Source: Nemertoderma westbladi
Taxonomy: Eukaryota > Animalia > Xenacoelomorpha
Direction: 5' to 3'
Assembly (NCBI GenBank): GCA_032718475.1
Contig: JAUCBJ010006975.1
Coordinates: 62,001 to 126,000, forward strand
Length of the DNA: 64,000 bases
Part shown: positions 48,001 to 63,000 of the stretch, in pieces
How the letters are laid out: each line of letters begins with the position of its first letter
Position numbering within the stretch: the first letter of the stretch is position 1
The notes under the pieces: model-generated
What the model was told of the DNA's origin: nothing
Database searches by the model: none
The model's input: the letters and a program-made list of their open reading frames with translations, nothing else
Position numbers and translations under genes: made by a program

Positions 48001-51000
48001 TGGTTGACCTATAGGTGGATCAACATTGAAACACTGGCACTACTGTGGAACATGGTTGCTCTATAGGTGGGTCAATATTGAAACACTGGCACTACTGTGG
48101 AACATGGTTGCTCTATAGGTGGGTCAACATCGAAACACTGGCACTACTGTGGAACATGGTTGCTCTATAGGTGGGTCAACATCGAAACACTGGCACTAAT
48201 GTAGAACATGGTTGACCTATAGGTGGTCAACATTGAAACACTGGCACTACTGTGGAACATGGTTGCTCTATAGGTGGGTCAATATTGAAACACTGGCACT
48301 ACTGTGGAACATGGTTGCTCTATAGGTGGGTCAATATTGAAACACTGGCACTACTGTGGAACATGGTTGCTCTATAGGTGGGTCAATATTGAAACACTGG
48401 CACTACTGTGGAACATGGTTGCTCTATAGGTGGGTCAATATTGAAACACTGGCACTACTGTGGAACATGGTTGCTCTATAGGTGGGTCAATATTGAAACA
48501 CTGGCACTACTGTGGAACATAGTTGCCCTATAGGTGGCTCAACATTGAAACACTGGCACTACTGTGGAACATGGTTGACCTATAGGTGGATCAACATTGA
48601 AACACTGGCACTACTGTGGAACATGGTTGCTCTATAGGTGGGTCAATATTGAAACACTGGCACTACTGTGGAACATGGTTGCTCTATAGGTGGGTCAACA
48701 TCGAAACACTGGCACTAATGTAGAACATGGTTGACCTATAGGTGGTCAACATTGAAACACTGGCACTACTGTGGAACATGGTTGCTCTATAGGTGGCTCA
48801 ACATTGAAACACTGGCACTAAACTGTGGAACATGGTTGCCCTATAGGTGGGTCAACATTGAAACACTGGCACTACTGTGGAACATGGTTGCTCTATAGGT
48901 GGGTCAACATCGAAACACTGGCACTAATGTAGAACATGGTTGACCTATAGGTGGTCAACATTGAAACACTGGCACTACTGTGGAACATGGTTGCTCTATA
49001 GGTGGCTCAACATTGAAACACTGGCACTACTGTGGAACATGGTTGCTCTATAGGTGGCTCAACATTGAAACACTGGCACTACTGTGGAACATGGTTGCTC
49101 TATAGGTGGGTCAATATTGAAACACTGGCACTACTGTGGAACATGGTTGCTCTATAGGTGGGTCAATATTGAAACACTGGCACTACTGTGGAACATGGTT
49201 GCCCTATAGGTGGCTCAACATTGAAACACTGGCACTACTGTGGAACATGGTTGACCTATAGGTGGGTCAACATTGAAACACTGGCACTACTGTGGAAAAT
49301 GGTTGCTCTATAGGTGGCTCAACATTGAAACACTGGCACTAAACTGTGGAACATGGCTGCTCTATAGGTGGGTCAACATTGAAACACTGGCACTACTGTG
49401 GAACATGGTTGCTCTATAGGTGGCTCAACATTGAAACACTGGCACTAAACTGTGGAACATGGCTGCTCTATAGGTGGGTCAACATCGAAACACTGGCACT
49501 AATGTAGAACATGGTTGACCTATAGGTGGTCAACATTGAAACACTGGCACTACTGTGGAACATGGTTGCCCTATAGGTGGGTCAATATTGAAACACTGGC
49601 ACTACTGTGGAACATGGTTGCCCTATAGGAGGGTCAACATTGAAACACTAGCACTAATGTAGAACATGGTTGCTCTATAGGTGGGTCAACATTGAAACAC
49701 TGGCACTACTGTGGAACATGGTTGCCCTATAGGTGGGTCAATATTGAAACACTGGCACTACTGTGGAACATGGTTGCCCTATAGGAGGGTCAACATTGAA
49801 ATACTGGCACTACTGTGGAACATAGTTGACCTAAAGGTGGGTCAACATTGAAACACTGTCACTACTATAGAACATGGTTGCTCTATAGGTGGTCAACATT
49901 GAAACACTGGCACTACTGTGGAACATGGTTGCTCTATAGGTGGGTCAACATTGAAACACTGGCACTACTGTAGAACATGGTTGACCTATAGGTGGGTCAA
50001 TATTGAAACACTGGCACTACTGTGGAACATGGCTGCTCTATAGGTGGGTCAACATTGAAACACTGGCACTAAACTGTGGAACATGGCTGCTCTATAGGTG
50101 GGTCAACATTGAAACACTGGCACTACTGTGGAACATGGCTGCTCTATAGGTGGCTCAACATTGAAACACTGGCACTAAACTGTGGAACATGGTTGCCCTA
50201 TAGATGGGTCAACATTGAAACACTGGCACTACTGTGGAACATGGTTGCCCTATAGGTGGTCAACATTGAAACACTGGCACTACTGTGGAACATGGTTGCC
50301 CTATAGGTGGGTCAATATTGAAACACTGGCACTACTGTGGAACATGGTTGCCCTATAGGAGGGTCAACATTGAAACACTAGCACTAATGTAGAACATGGT
50401 TGCTCTATAGGTGGGTCAACATTGAAACACTGGCACTACTGTGGAACATGGTTGCCCTATAGGTGGGTCAACATTGAAACACTGGCACTACTGTGGAACA
50501 TGGTTGCCCTATAGGTGGGTCAATATTGAAACACTGGCACTACTGTGGAACATGGTTGCTCTATAGGTGGGTCAATATTGAAACACTGGCACTACTGTGG
50601 AACATGGTTGACCTAAAGGTGGGTCAACATTGAAACACTGGCACTACTGTGGAACATGGTTGCTCTATAGGTGGGTCAATATTGAAACACTGGCACTACT
50701 GTGGAACATGGTTGACCTAAAGGTGGGTCAACATTGAAACACTGGCACTACTGTGGAACATGGTTGCCCTATAGGTGGGTCAACATTGAAACACTGGCAC
50801 TACTGTGGAACATGGTTGCCCTATAGGTGGGTCAATATTGAAACACTGGCACTACTGTGGAACATGGTTGCCCTATACATAGGTGGGTCAACATTGAAAC
50901 ACTGGCACTACTGTGGAACATGGTTGACCTAAAGGTGGGTCAACATTGAAACACTGTCACTACTATAGAACATGGTTGCTCTATACATAGGTGGGTCAAC

Positions 51001-54000
51001 ATTGAAACACTGGCACTACTGTGGAACATGGTTGCTCTATAAGTGGGCCAACATTGAAACACTGGCACTACTGTGGAACATGGTTGCTCTATAGGTGGGT
51101 CAATATTGAAACACTGGCACTACTGTGGAACATGGTTGACCTAAAGGTGGGTCAACATTGAAACACTGGCACTACTGTGGAACATGGTTGCCCTATAGGT
51201 GGGTCAACATTGAAACACTGGCACTACTGTGGAACATGGTTGCCCTATAGGTGGGGCAATATTGAAACACTGGCACTACTGTGGAACATGGTTGCCCTAT
51301 ACATAGGTGGGTCAACATTGAAACACTGGCACTACTGTGGAACATGGTTGACCTAAAGGTGGGTCAACATTGAAACACTGTCACTACTATAGAACATGGT
51401 TGCTCTATACATAGGTGGGTCAACATTGAAACACTGGCACTACTGTGGAACATGGTTGCTCTATAAGTGGGCCAACATTGAAACACTGGCACTACTGTGG
51501 AACATGGTTGCTCTATAGGTGGGTCAATATTGAAACACTGGCACTACTGTGGAACATGGTTGCCCTATAGGTGGCTCAACATTGAAACACTGGCACTAAA
51601 CTGTGGAACATGGCTGCTCTATAGGTGGGTCAACATTGAAACACTGGCACTACTGTGGAACATGGTTGCTCTATAGGTGGGTCAACATTGAAACACTGGC
51701 ACTACTGTGGAACATGGCTGCTCTATAGGTGGGTCAACATTGAAACACTGGCACTACTGTGGAACATGGTTGCTCTATAGGTGGCTCAACATTGAAACAC
51801 TGGCACTAAACTGTGGAACATGGCTGCTCTATAGGTGGGTCAACATTGAAACACTGGCACTACTGTGGAACATGGTTGCTCTATAGGTGGGTCAATATTG
51901 AAACACTGGCACTACTGTGGAACATGGTTGCCCTATAGGTGGGTCAATATTGAAACACTGGCACTACTGTGGAACATGGTTGCTCTATAGGTGGGTCAAC
52001 ATTGAAACACTGGCACTACTGTGGAACATGGTTGCTCTATAGGTGGGTCAATATTGAAACACTGGCACTACTGTGGAACATGGTTGCTCTATAGGTGGGT
52101 CAACATTGAAACACTGGCACTACTGTGGAACATGGTTGCCCTATAGGTGGGTCAACATTGAAACACTGGCACTACTGTGGAACATGGTTGCTCTATAGGT
52201 GGGTCAATATTGAAACACTGGCACTACTGTGGAACATGGCTGCTCTATAGGTGGGTCAACATTGAAACACTGGCACTACTGTGGAACATGGTTGCTCTAT
52301 AGGTGGGTCAATATTGAAACACTGGCACTACTGTGGAACATGGTTGACCTAAAGGTGGGTTAACATTGAAACACTGTCACTACTATAGAACATGGTTGCC
52401 CTATACATAGGTGGGTCAACATTGAAACACTGGCACTACTGTGGAACATGGTTGCTCTATAGGTGGCTCAACATTGAAACACTGGCACTAAACTGTGGAA
52501 CATGGTTGCCCTATAGGAGGGTCAACATTGAAACACTGGCACTAATGGAGAACATGGTTGCCCTATAGGTGGGTCAACATTGAAACACTGGCACTACTAT
52601 AGAACATGGTTGCCCTATACATAGGTGGGTCAACATTGAAACACTGGCACTACTGTGGAACATGGTTGCTCTATAGGTGGGTCAATATTGAAACACTGGC
52701 ACTAAACTGTGGAACATGGTTGCCCTATAGGTGGGTCAACATTGAAACACTGGCACTAATGTAGAACATGGTTGACCTAAAGGTGGGTTAACATTGAAAC
52801 ACTGTCACTACTATAGAACATGGTTGCCCTATACATAGGTGGGTCAACATTGAAACACTGGCACTACTGTGGAACATGGTTGCCCTATAGGTGGGTCTAC
52901 ATTGAAACACTGGCACTACTGTGGAACATGGTTGCCCTATAGGTGAGTCAACATTGAAACACTGGCACTACTGTGGAACATGGTTGACCTATAGGTGGGT
53001 CAACATTGAAACACTGGCACTACTGTGGAACATGGTTGCTCTATAGGTGGGTCAACATTGAAACACTGGCACTAATGTAGAACATGGTTGACCTATAGAT
53101 GGGTCAACATTGAAACACTGGCACTACTGTGGAACATGGTTGACCTATAGATGGGTCAACATTGAAACACTGGCACTACTGTGGAACATGGTTGACCTAT
53201 AGATGGGTCAACATTGAAACACTGGCACTACTGTAGAACATGGTTGCTCTATAGATGGGTCAACATTGAAACACTGGCACTACTGTGGAACATGGTTGCT
53301 CTATAGGTGGCTCAACATTGAAACACTGGCACTAAACTGTGGAACATGGTTGCCCTATAGGAGGGTCAACATTGAAACACTGGCACTACTGTGGAACATG
53401 GTTGACCTATAGGTGGTCAACATTGAAACACTGGCACTAATGTAGAACATGGTTGCCCTATAGGTGGGTCAACATTGAAACACTGGCACTACTATAGAAC
53501 ATGGTTGCCCTATACATAGGTGGGTCAACATTGAAACACTGGCACTACTGTGGAACATGGTTGACCTAAAGGTGGGTTAACATTGAAACACTGTCACTAC
53601 TATAGAACATGGTTGCCCTATACATAGGTGGGTCAACATTGAAACACTGGCACTACTGTGGAACATGGTTGCTCTATAGGTGGGTCAACATTGAAACACT
53701 GGCACTAAACTGTGGAACATGGTTGCCCTATAGGTGAGTCAACATTGAAACACTGGCACTACTGTGGAACATGGTTGCTCTATAGGTGGCTCAACATTGA
53801 AACACTGGCACTAAACTGTGGAACATGGCTGCTCTATAGGTGAGTCAACATTGAAACACTGGCACTACTGTGGAACATGGTTGCTCTATAGGTGGCTCAA
53901 CATTGAAACACTGGCACTAAACTGTGGAACATGGTTGCCCTATAGGTGGGTCAACATTGAAACACTGGCACTACTGTGGAACATGGTTGCTCTATAGGTG

Positions 54001-57000
54001 GCTCAACATTGAAACACTGGCACTAAACTGTGGAACATGGCTGCTCTATAGGTGAGTCAACATTGAAACACTGGCACTACTGTGGAACATGGTTGCTCTA
54101 TAGGTGGCTCAACATTGAAACACTGGCACTAAACTGTGGAACATGGCTGCTCGTATAGGTGGGTCAACATTGAAACACTGGCACTACTATAGAACATGGT
54201 TGCCCTATACATAGGTGGGTCAACATTGAAACACTGGCACTACTGTGGAACATGGTTGACCTAAAGGTGGGTTAACATTGAAACACTGTCACTACTATAG
54301 AACATGGTTGCCCTATACATAGGTGGGTCAACATTGAAACACTGGCACTACTGTGGAACATGGTTGCTCTATAGGTGGCTCAACATTGAAACACTGGCAC
54401 TAAACTGTGGAACATGGTTGCCCTATAGGTGGGTCAACATTGAAACACTGGCACTACTGTGGAACATGGTTGCTCTATAGGTGGCTCAACATTGAAACAC
54501 TGGCACTAAACTGTGGAACATGGCTGCTCTATAGGTGGGCCAACATTGAAACACTGGCACTACTGTGGAACATGGTTGCTCTATAGGTGGCTCAACATTG
54601 AAACACTGGCACTAAACTGTGGAACATGGCTGCTCTATAGGTGGGTCAACATTGAAACACTGGCACTACTGTGGAACATGGTTGCTCTATAGGTGGGTCA
54701 ACATTGAAACACTGGCACTAATGTAGAACATGGTTGCCCTATAGGTGGGTCAACATCGAAACACTGGCACTAATGTAGAACATGGTTGCCCTATAGGTGG
54801 GTCAACATTGAAACACTGGCACTACTGTGGAACATGGTTGCCCTATAGGTGGGTCAATATTGAAACACTGGCACTAAACTGTGGAACATGGTTGCCCTAT
54901 AGGTGGGTCAACATTGAAACACTGGCACTACTGTGGAACATGGCTGCTCTATAGGTGGGTCAACATTGAAACACTGGCACTACTGTGGAACATGGTTGCT
55001 CTATAGGTGGGTCAATATTGAAACACTGGCACTACTGTGGAACATGGTTGCCCTATAGGTGGGTCAACATTGAAACACTGGCACTACTGTGGAACATGGT
55101 TGCTCTATAGGTGGGTCAACATTGAAACACTGGCACTACTGTGGAACATGGTTGCCCTATAGGTGGGTCAACATTGAAACACTGGCACTACTGTGGAACA
55201 TGGTTGCTCTATAGGTGGGTCAACATTGAAACACTGGCACTACTGTGGAACATGGTTGCCCTATAGGTGGGTCAACATTGAAACACTGGCACTACTGTGG
55301 AACATGGTTGCCCTATACAGTAGGTGGGCCAACATTGAAACACTGGCACTACTGTGGAACATGGTTGCCCTATAGGTGGGTCAACATTGAAACACTGGCA
55401 CTACTGTGGAACATGGTTGCCCTATAGGTGGGTCAACATTGAAACACTGGCACTACTGTGGAACATGGTTGCCCTATAGGTGGGTCAACATTGAAACACT
55501 GGCACTACTGTGGAACATGGTTGCTCTATAGGTGGGTCAACATTGAAACACTGGCACTACTGTGGAACATGGTTGCTCTATAGGTGGGTCAACATTGAAA
55601 CACTGGCACTACTGTGGAACATGGTTGCTCTATAGGTGGGTCAACATTGAAACACTGGCACTACTGTGGAACATGGTTGCCCTATAGGTGGGTCAACATT
55701 GAAACACTGGCACTACTGTGGAACATGGTTGCCCTATACAGTAGGTGGGCCAACATTGAAACACTGGCACTACTGTGGAACATGGTTGCCCTATAGGTGG
55801 GTCAACATTGAAACACTGGCACTACTGTGGAACATGGTTGACCTATAGGTGGGTCAACATTGAAACACTGGCACTACTGTGGAACATGGTTGACCTATAG
55901 GTGGGTCAACATTGAAACACTGGCACTACTGTGGAACATGGTTGCTCTATAGGTGGGTCAACATTGAAACACTGGCACTACTGTGGAACATGGTTGCCCT
56001 ATAGGTGGGTCAACATTGAAACACTGGCACTACTGTGGAACATGGTTGCCCTATAGGTGGGTCAACATTGAAACACTGGCACTACTGTGGAACATGGTTG
56101 CTCTATAGGTGGGTCAATATTGAAACACTGTCACTACTATAGAACATGGTTGCCCTATACATAGGTGGGTCAACATTGAAACACTGGCACTAATGTAGAA
56201 CATGGTTGACCTATAGGTGGGTCAACATTGAAACACTGGCACTACTGTGGAACATGGTTGCCCTATAGGTGGGTCAACATTGAAACACTGGCACTACTGT
56301 GGAACATGGTTGCCCTATACAGTAGGTGGGCCAACATTGAAACACTGGCACTACTGTGGAACATGGTTGCCCTATAGGTGGGTCAACATTGAAACACTGG
56401 CACTACTGTGGAACATGGTTGCCCTATAGGTGGGCCAACATTGAAACACTGGCACTACTGTGGAACATGGTTGCCCTATAGGTGGGTCAACATTGAAACA
56501 CTGGCACTACTGTGGAACATGGTTGCCCTATACAGTAGGTGGGCCAACATTGAAACACTGGCACTACTGTGGAACATGGTTGCCCTATAGGTGGGTCAAC
56601 ATTGAAACACTGGCACTACTGTGGAACATGGTTGCCCTATAGGTGGGTCAACATTGAAACACTGGCACTACTGTGGAACATGGTTGCCCTATACAGTAGG
56701 TGGGCCAACATTGAAACACTGGCACTACTGTGGAACATGGTTGCCCTATAGGTGGGTCAACATTGAAACACTGGCACTACTGTGGAACATGGTTGCCCTA
56801 TAGGTGGGTCAACATTGAAACACTGGCACTACTGTGGAACATGGTTGCCCTATACAGTAGGTGGGTCAACATTGAAACACTGGCACTACTGTGGAACATG
56901 GTTGCCCTATAGGTGGGTCAACATTGAAACACTGGCACTACTGTGGAACATGGTTGCCCTATACAGTAGGTGGGCCAACATTGAAACACTGGCACTACTG

Positions 57001-60000
57001 TGGAACATGGTTGCCCTATAGGTGGGTCAACATTGAAACACTGGCACTACTGTGGAACATGGTTGCCCTATAGGTGGGTCAACATTGAAACACTGGCACT
57101 ACTGTGGAACATGGTTGCCCTATACAGTAGGTGGGCCAACATTGAAACACTGGCACTACTGTGGAACATGGTTGCCCTATAGGTGGGTCAACATTGAAAC
57201 ACTGGCACTACTGTGGAACATGGTTGCCCTATACAGTAGGTGGGCCAACATTGAAACACTGGCACTACTGTGGAACATGGTTGCCCTATAGGTGGGTCAA
57301 CATTGAAACACTGGCACTACTGTGGAACATGGTTGCCCTATAGGTGGGTCAACATTGAAACACTGGCACTACTGTGGAACATGGTTGCCCTATAGGTGGG
57401 TCAACATTGAAACACTGGCACTACTGTGGAACATGGTTGCCCTATAGGTGGGTCAACATTGAAACACTGGCACTACTGTGGAACATGGTTGCCCTATACA
57501 GTAGGTGGGCCAACATTGAAACACTGGCACTACTGTGGAACATGGTTGCCCTATAGGTGGGTCAACATTGAAACACTGGCACTACTGTGGAACATGGTTG
57601 CTCTATAGGTGGGCCAACATTGAAACACTGGCACTACTGTGGAACATGGTTGCCCTATAGGTGGGTCAACATTGAAACACTGGCACTACTGTGGAACATG
57701 GTTGCCCTATAGGTGGGTCAACATTGAAACACTGGCACTACTGTGGAACATGGTTGCCCTATAGGTGGGTCAACATTGAAACACTGGCACTACTGTGGAA
57801 CATGGTTGCCCTATACATAGGTGGGTCAACATTGAAACACTGGCACTACTGTGGAACATGGTTGCCCTATAGGTGGGTCAACATTGAAACACTGGCACTA
57901 CTGTGGAACATGGTTGCCCTATAGGTGGGTCAACATTGAAACACTGGCACTACTGTGGAACATGGTTGCCCTATAGGTGGGTCAACATTGAAACACTGGC
58001 ACTACTGTGGAACATGGTTGCTCTATAGGTGGGTCAACATTGAAACACTGGCACTACTGTGGAACATGGTTGCCCTATAGGTGGGTCAACATTGAAACAC
58101 TGGCACTACTGTGGAACATGGTTGCCCTATAGGTGGGTCAACATTGAAACACTGGCACTACTGTGGAACATGGTTGCCCTATAGGTGGGTCAACATTGAA
58201 ACACTGGCACTACTGTGGAACATGGTTGCTCTATAGGTGGGTCAACATTGAAACACTGGCACTACTGTGGAACATGGTTGCCCTATAGGTGGGTCAACAT
58301 TGAAACACTGGCACTACTGTGGAACATGGTTGCCCTATAGGTGGGTCAACATTGAAACACTGGCACTACTGTGGAACATGGTTGCCCTATAGGTGGGTCA
58401 ACATTGAAACACTGGCACTACTGTGGAACATGGTTGCCCTATAGGTGGGTCAACATTGAAACACTGGCACTACTGTGGAACATGGTTGCTCTATAGGTGG
58501 GTCAACATTGAAACACTGGCACTACTGTGGAACATGGTTGCCCTATAGGTGGGTCAACATTGAAACACTGGCACTACTGTGGAACATGGTTGCCCTATAG
58601 GTGGGTCAACATTGAAACACTGGCACTACTGTGGAACATGGTTGCCCTATAGGTGGGTCAACATTGAAACACTGGCACTACTGTGGAACATGGTTGCCCT
58701 ATACAGTAGGTGGGCCAACATTGAAACACTGGCACTACTGTGGAACATGGTTGCCCTATAGGTGGGTCAACATTGAAACACTGGCACTACTGTGGAACAT
58801 GGTTGCCCTATACAGTAGGTGGGCCAACATTGAAACACTGGCACTACTGTGGAACATGGTTGCCCTATAGGTGGGTCAACATTGAAACACTGGCACTACT
58901 GTGGAACATGGTTGCTCTATAGGTGGGTCAACATTGAAACACTGGCACTACTGTGGAACATGGTTGCCCTATAGGTGGGTCAACATTGAAACACTGGCAC
59001 TACTGTGGAACATGGTTGCCCTATAGGTGGGTCAACATTGAAACACTGGCACTACTGTGGAACATGGTTGCCCTAAAGGAGGGCCAACATTGAAACACTG
59101 GCACTACTGTGGAACATGGTTACCCTATACAGTAGGTGGGCCAACATTGAAACACTGGCACTACTGTGGAACATGGTTGCCCTATAGGTGGGTCAACATT
59201 GAAACACTGGCACTACTGTGGAACATGGTTGCTCTATAGGTGGGTCAACATTGAAACACTGGCACTACTGTGGAACATGGTTGCCCTATAGGTGGGTCAA
59301 CATTGAAACACTGGCACTACTGTGGAACATGGTTGCCCTATAGGTGGGTCAACATTGAAACACTGGCACTACTGTGGAACATGGTTGCCCTATAGGTGGG
59401 TCAACATTGAAACACTGGCACTACTGTGGAACATGGTTGCCCTATAGGTGGGTCAACATTGAAACACTGGCACTACTGTGGAACATGGTTGCCCTATAGG
59501 TGGGTCAACATTGAAACACTGGCACTACTGTGGAACATGGTTGCTCTATAGGTGGGTCAACATTGAAACACTGGCACTACTGTGGAACATGGTTGCCCTA
59601 TAGGTGGGTCAACATTGAAACACTGGCACTACTGTGGAACATGGTTGCCCTATAGGTGAGTCAACATTGAAACACTGGCACTACTGTGGAACATGGTTGC
59701 CCTATAGGTGAGTCAACATTGAAACACTGGCACTACTGTGGAACATGGTTGACCTATAGGAGGGTCAACATTGAAACACTGGCACTACTGTGGAACATGG
59801 TTGACCTATAGGTGGCTCAACATTGAAACACTGGCACTACTGTGGAACATGATTGCCCTATAGGTGAGTCAACATTGAAACACTGGCACTACTGTGGAAC
59901 ATGGTTGACCTATAGGAGGGTCAACATTGAAACACTGGCACTACTGTGGAACATGGTTGACCTATAGGTGGGTCAACATTGAAACACTGGCACTACTGTG

Positions 60001-63000
60001 GAACATGATTGCCCTATAGGTGAGTCAACATTGAAACACTGGCACTACTGTGGAACATGGTTGACCTATAGGAGGGTCAACATTGAAACACTGGCACTAC
60101 TGTGGAACATGGTTGACCTATAGGTGGCTCAACATTGAAACACTGGCACTACTGTGGAACATGGTTGACCTATAGGTGGGTCAACATTGAAACACTGGCA
60201 CTACTGTGGAACATGATTGCCCTATAGGTGAGTCAACATTGAAACACTGGCACTACTGTGGAACATGGTTGACCTATAGGAGGGTCAACATTGAAACACT
60301 GGCACTACTGTGGAACATGGTTGCCCTATAGGTGAGTCAACATTGAAACACTGGCACTACTGTGGAACATGGTTGCCCTATAGGTGGCTCAACATTGAAA
60401 CACTGGCACTACTGTGGAACATGGTTGACCTATAGGTGGGTCAACATTGAAACACTGGCACTACTGTGGAACATGGTTGCCCTATAGGTGAGTCAACATT
60501 GAAACACTGGCACTACTGTGGAACATGGTTGACCTATAGGAGGGTCAACATTGAAACACTGGCACTACTGTGGAACATGGTTGACCTATAGGTGGGTCAA
60601 CATTGAAACACTGTCACTACTGTGGAACATGGTTGCCCTATAGGTGGGTCAACATTGAAACACTGGCACTACTGTGGAACATGGTTGCCCTATAGGTGGG
60701 TCAACATTGAAACACTGGCACTACTGTGGAACATGGTTGACCTATAGGTGGGTCAACATTGAAACACTGTCACTACTGTGGAACATGGTTGCCCTATAGG
60801 TGGGTCAACATTGAAACACTGGCACTACTGTGGAACATGGTTGCCCTATAGGTGGGTCAACATTGAAACACTGGCACTACTGTGGAACATGGTTGCCCTA
60901 TAGGTGGGTCAACATTGAAACACTGGCACTACTGTGGAACATGGTTGACCTAAAGGTGGGTCAACATTGAAACACTGGCACTACTGTAGAACATGGTTGC
61001 CCTATAGGTGGTCAACATTGAAACACTGGCACTACTGTGGAACATGGTTGACCTATAGGTGGCTCAACATTGAAACACTGGCACTACTGTGGAACATGAT
61101 TGCCCTATAGGTGGGTCAACATTGAAACACTGGCACTACTGTGGAACATGGTTGCCCTATAGGTGGGTCAACATTGAAACACTGGCACTAAACTGTGGAA
61201 CATGATTGCCCTATAGGTGGGTCAACATTGAAACACTGGCACTACTGTAGAACATGGTTGCCCTATAGGTGGGTCAACATTGAAACACTGGCACTACTGT
61301 GGAACATGATTGCCCTATAGGTGGGTCAACATTGAAACACTGGCACTACTGTAGAACATGGTTGCCCTATAGGTGGGTCAACATTGAAACACTGGCACTA
61401 CTGTGGAACATGGTTGCCCTATACAGTAGGTGGGCCAACATTGAAACACTGGCACTACTGTGGAACATGGTTGCTCTATAGGTGGGTCAACATTGAAACA
61501 CTGGCACTACTGTGGAACATGGTTGCCCTATAGGTGAGTCAACATTGAAACACTGGCACTACTGTGGAACATGGTTGCTCTATAGGTGGGTCAACATTGA
61601 AACACTGGCACTAAACTGTGGAACATGGCTGCTCTATAGGTGGGTCAACATTGAAACACTGGCACTACTGTGGAACATGGTTGCCCTATAGGTGAGTCAA
61701 CATTGAAACACTGGCACTACTGTGGAACATGGTTGACCTATAGATGGGTCAACATTGAAACACTGGCACTACTGTAGAACATGGTTGCTCTATAGATGGG
61801 TCAACATTGAAACACTGGCACTACTGTGGAACATGGTTGCTCTATAGGTGGGTCAACATTGAAACACTGGCACTAAACTGTGGAACATGGCTGCTCTATA
61901 GGTGGGTCAACATTGAAACACTGGCACTACTGTGGAACATGGTTGCCCTATAGGTGAGTCAACATTGAAACACTGACACTACTGTGGAACATGGTTGCCC
62001 TATAGGTGGGTCAATATTGAAACACTGGCACTACTGTGGAACATGGTTGCCCTATAGGTGGGCCAACATTGAAACACTGGCACTACTGTGGAACATGGTT
62101 GCTCTATAGATGGGTCAACATTGAAACACTGGCACTACTGTGGAACATGGTTGCCCTATAGGTGAGTCAACATTGAAACACTGGCACTACTGTGGAACAT
62201 GGTTGCCCTATAGGTGGTCAACATTGAAACACTGGCACTACTGTGGAACATGGTTGCTCTATAGGTGGGTCAACATTGAAACACTGGCACTACTGTGGAA
62301 CATGGTTGCCCTATAGGTGGGTCAACATTGAAACACTGGCACTACTGTGGAACATGGTTGCCCTATAGGTGAGTCAACATTGAAACACTGGCACTACTGT
62401 AGAACATGGTTGCTCTATAGATGGGTCAACATTGAAACACTGGCACTACTGTGGAACATGGTTGCCCTATAGGTGAGTCAACATTGAAACACTGGCACTA
62501 CTGTGGAACATGGTTGCCCTATAGGTGGGCCAACATTGAAACACTGGCACTACTGTGGAACATGGTTGCCCTATAGGTGAGTCAACATTGAAACACTGTC
62601 ACTACTGTGGAACATGGTTGCCCTATAGGTGAGTCAACATTGAAACACTGGCACTACTGTGGAACATGGTTGCCCTATAGGTGGGCCAACATTGAAACAC
62701 TGGCACTACTGTGGAACATGGTTGCCCTATAGGTGAGTCAACATTGAAACACTGGCACTACTGTAGAACATGGTTGCCCTATAGGTGAGTCAACATTGAA
62801 ACACTGGCACTACTGTGGAACATGGCTGCTCTATAGGTGGGTCAACATTGAAACACTGGCACTACTGTAGAACATGGTTGCTCTATAGATGGGTCAACAT
62901 TGAAACACTGGCACTACTGTGGAACATGGTTGCCCTATAGGTGAGTCAACATTGAAACACTGGCACTACTGTAGAACATGGTTGCTCTATAGATGGGTCA

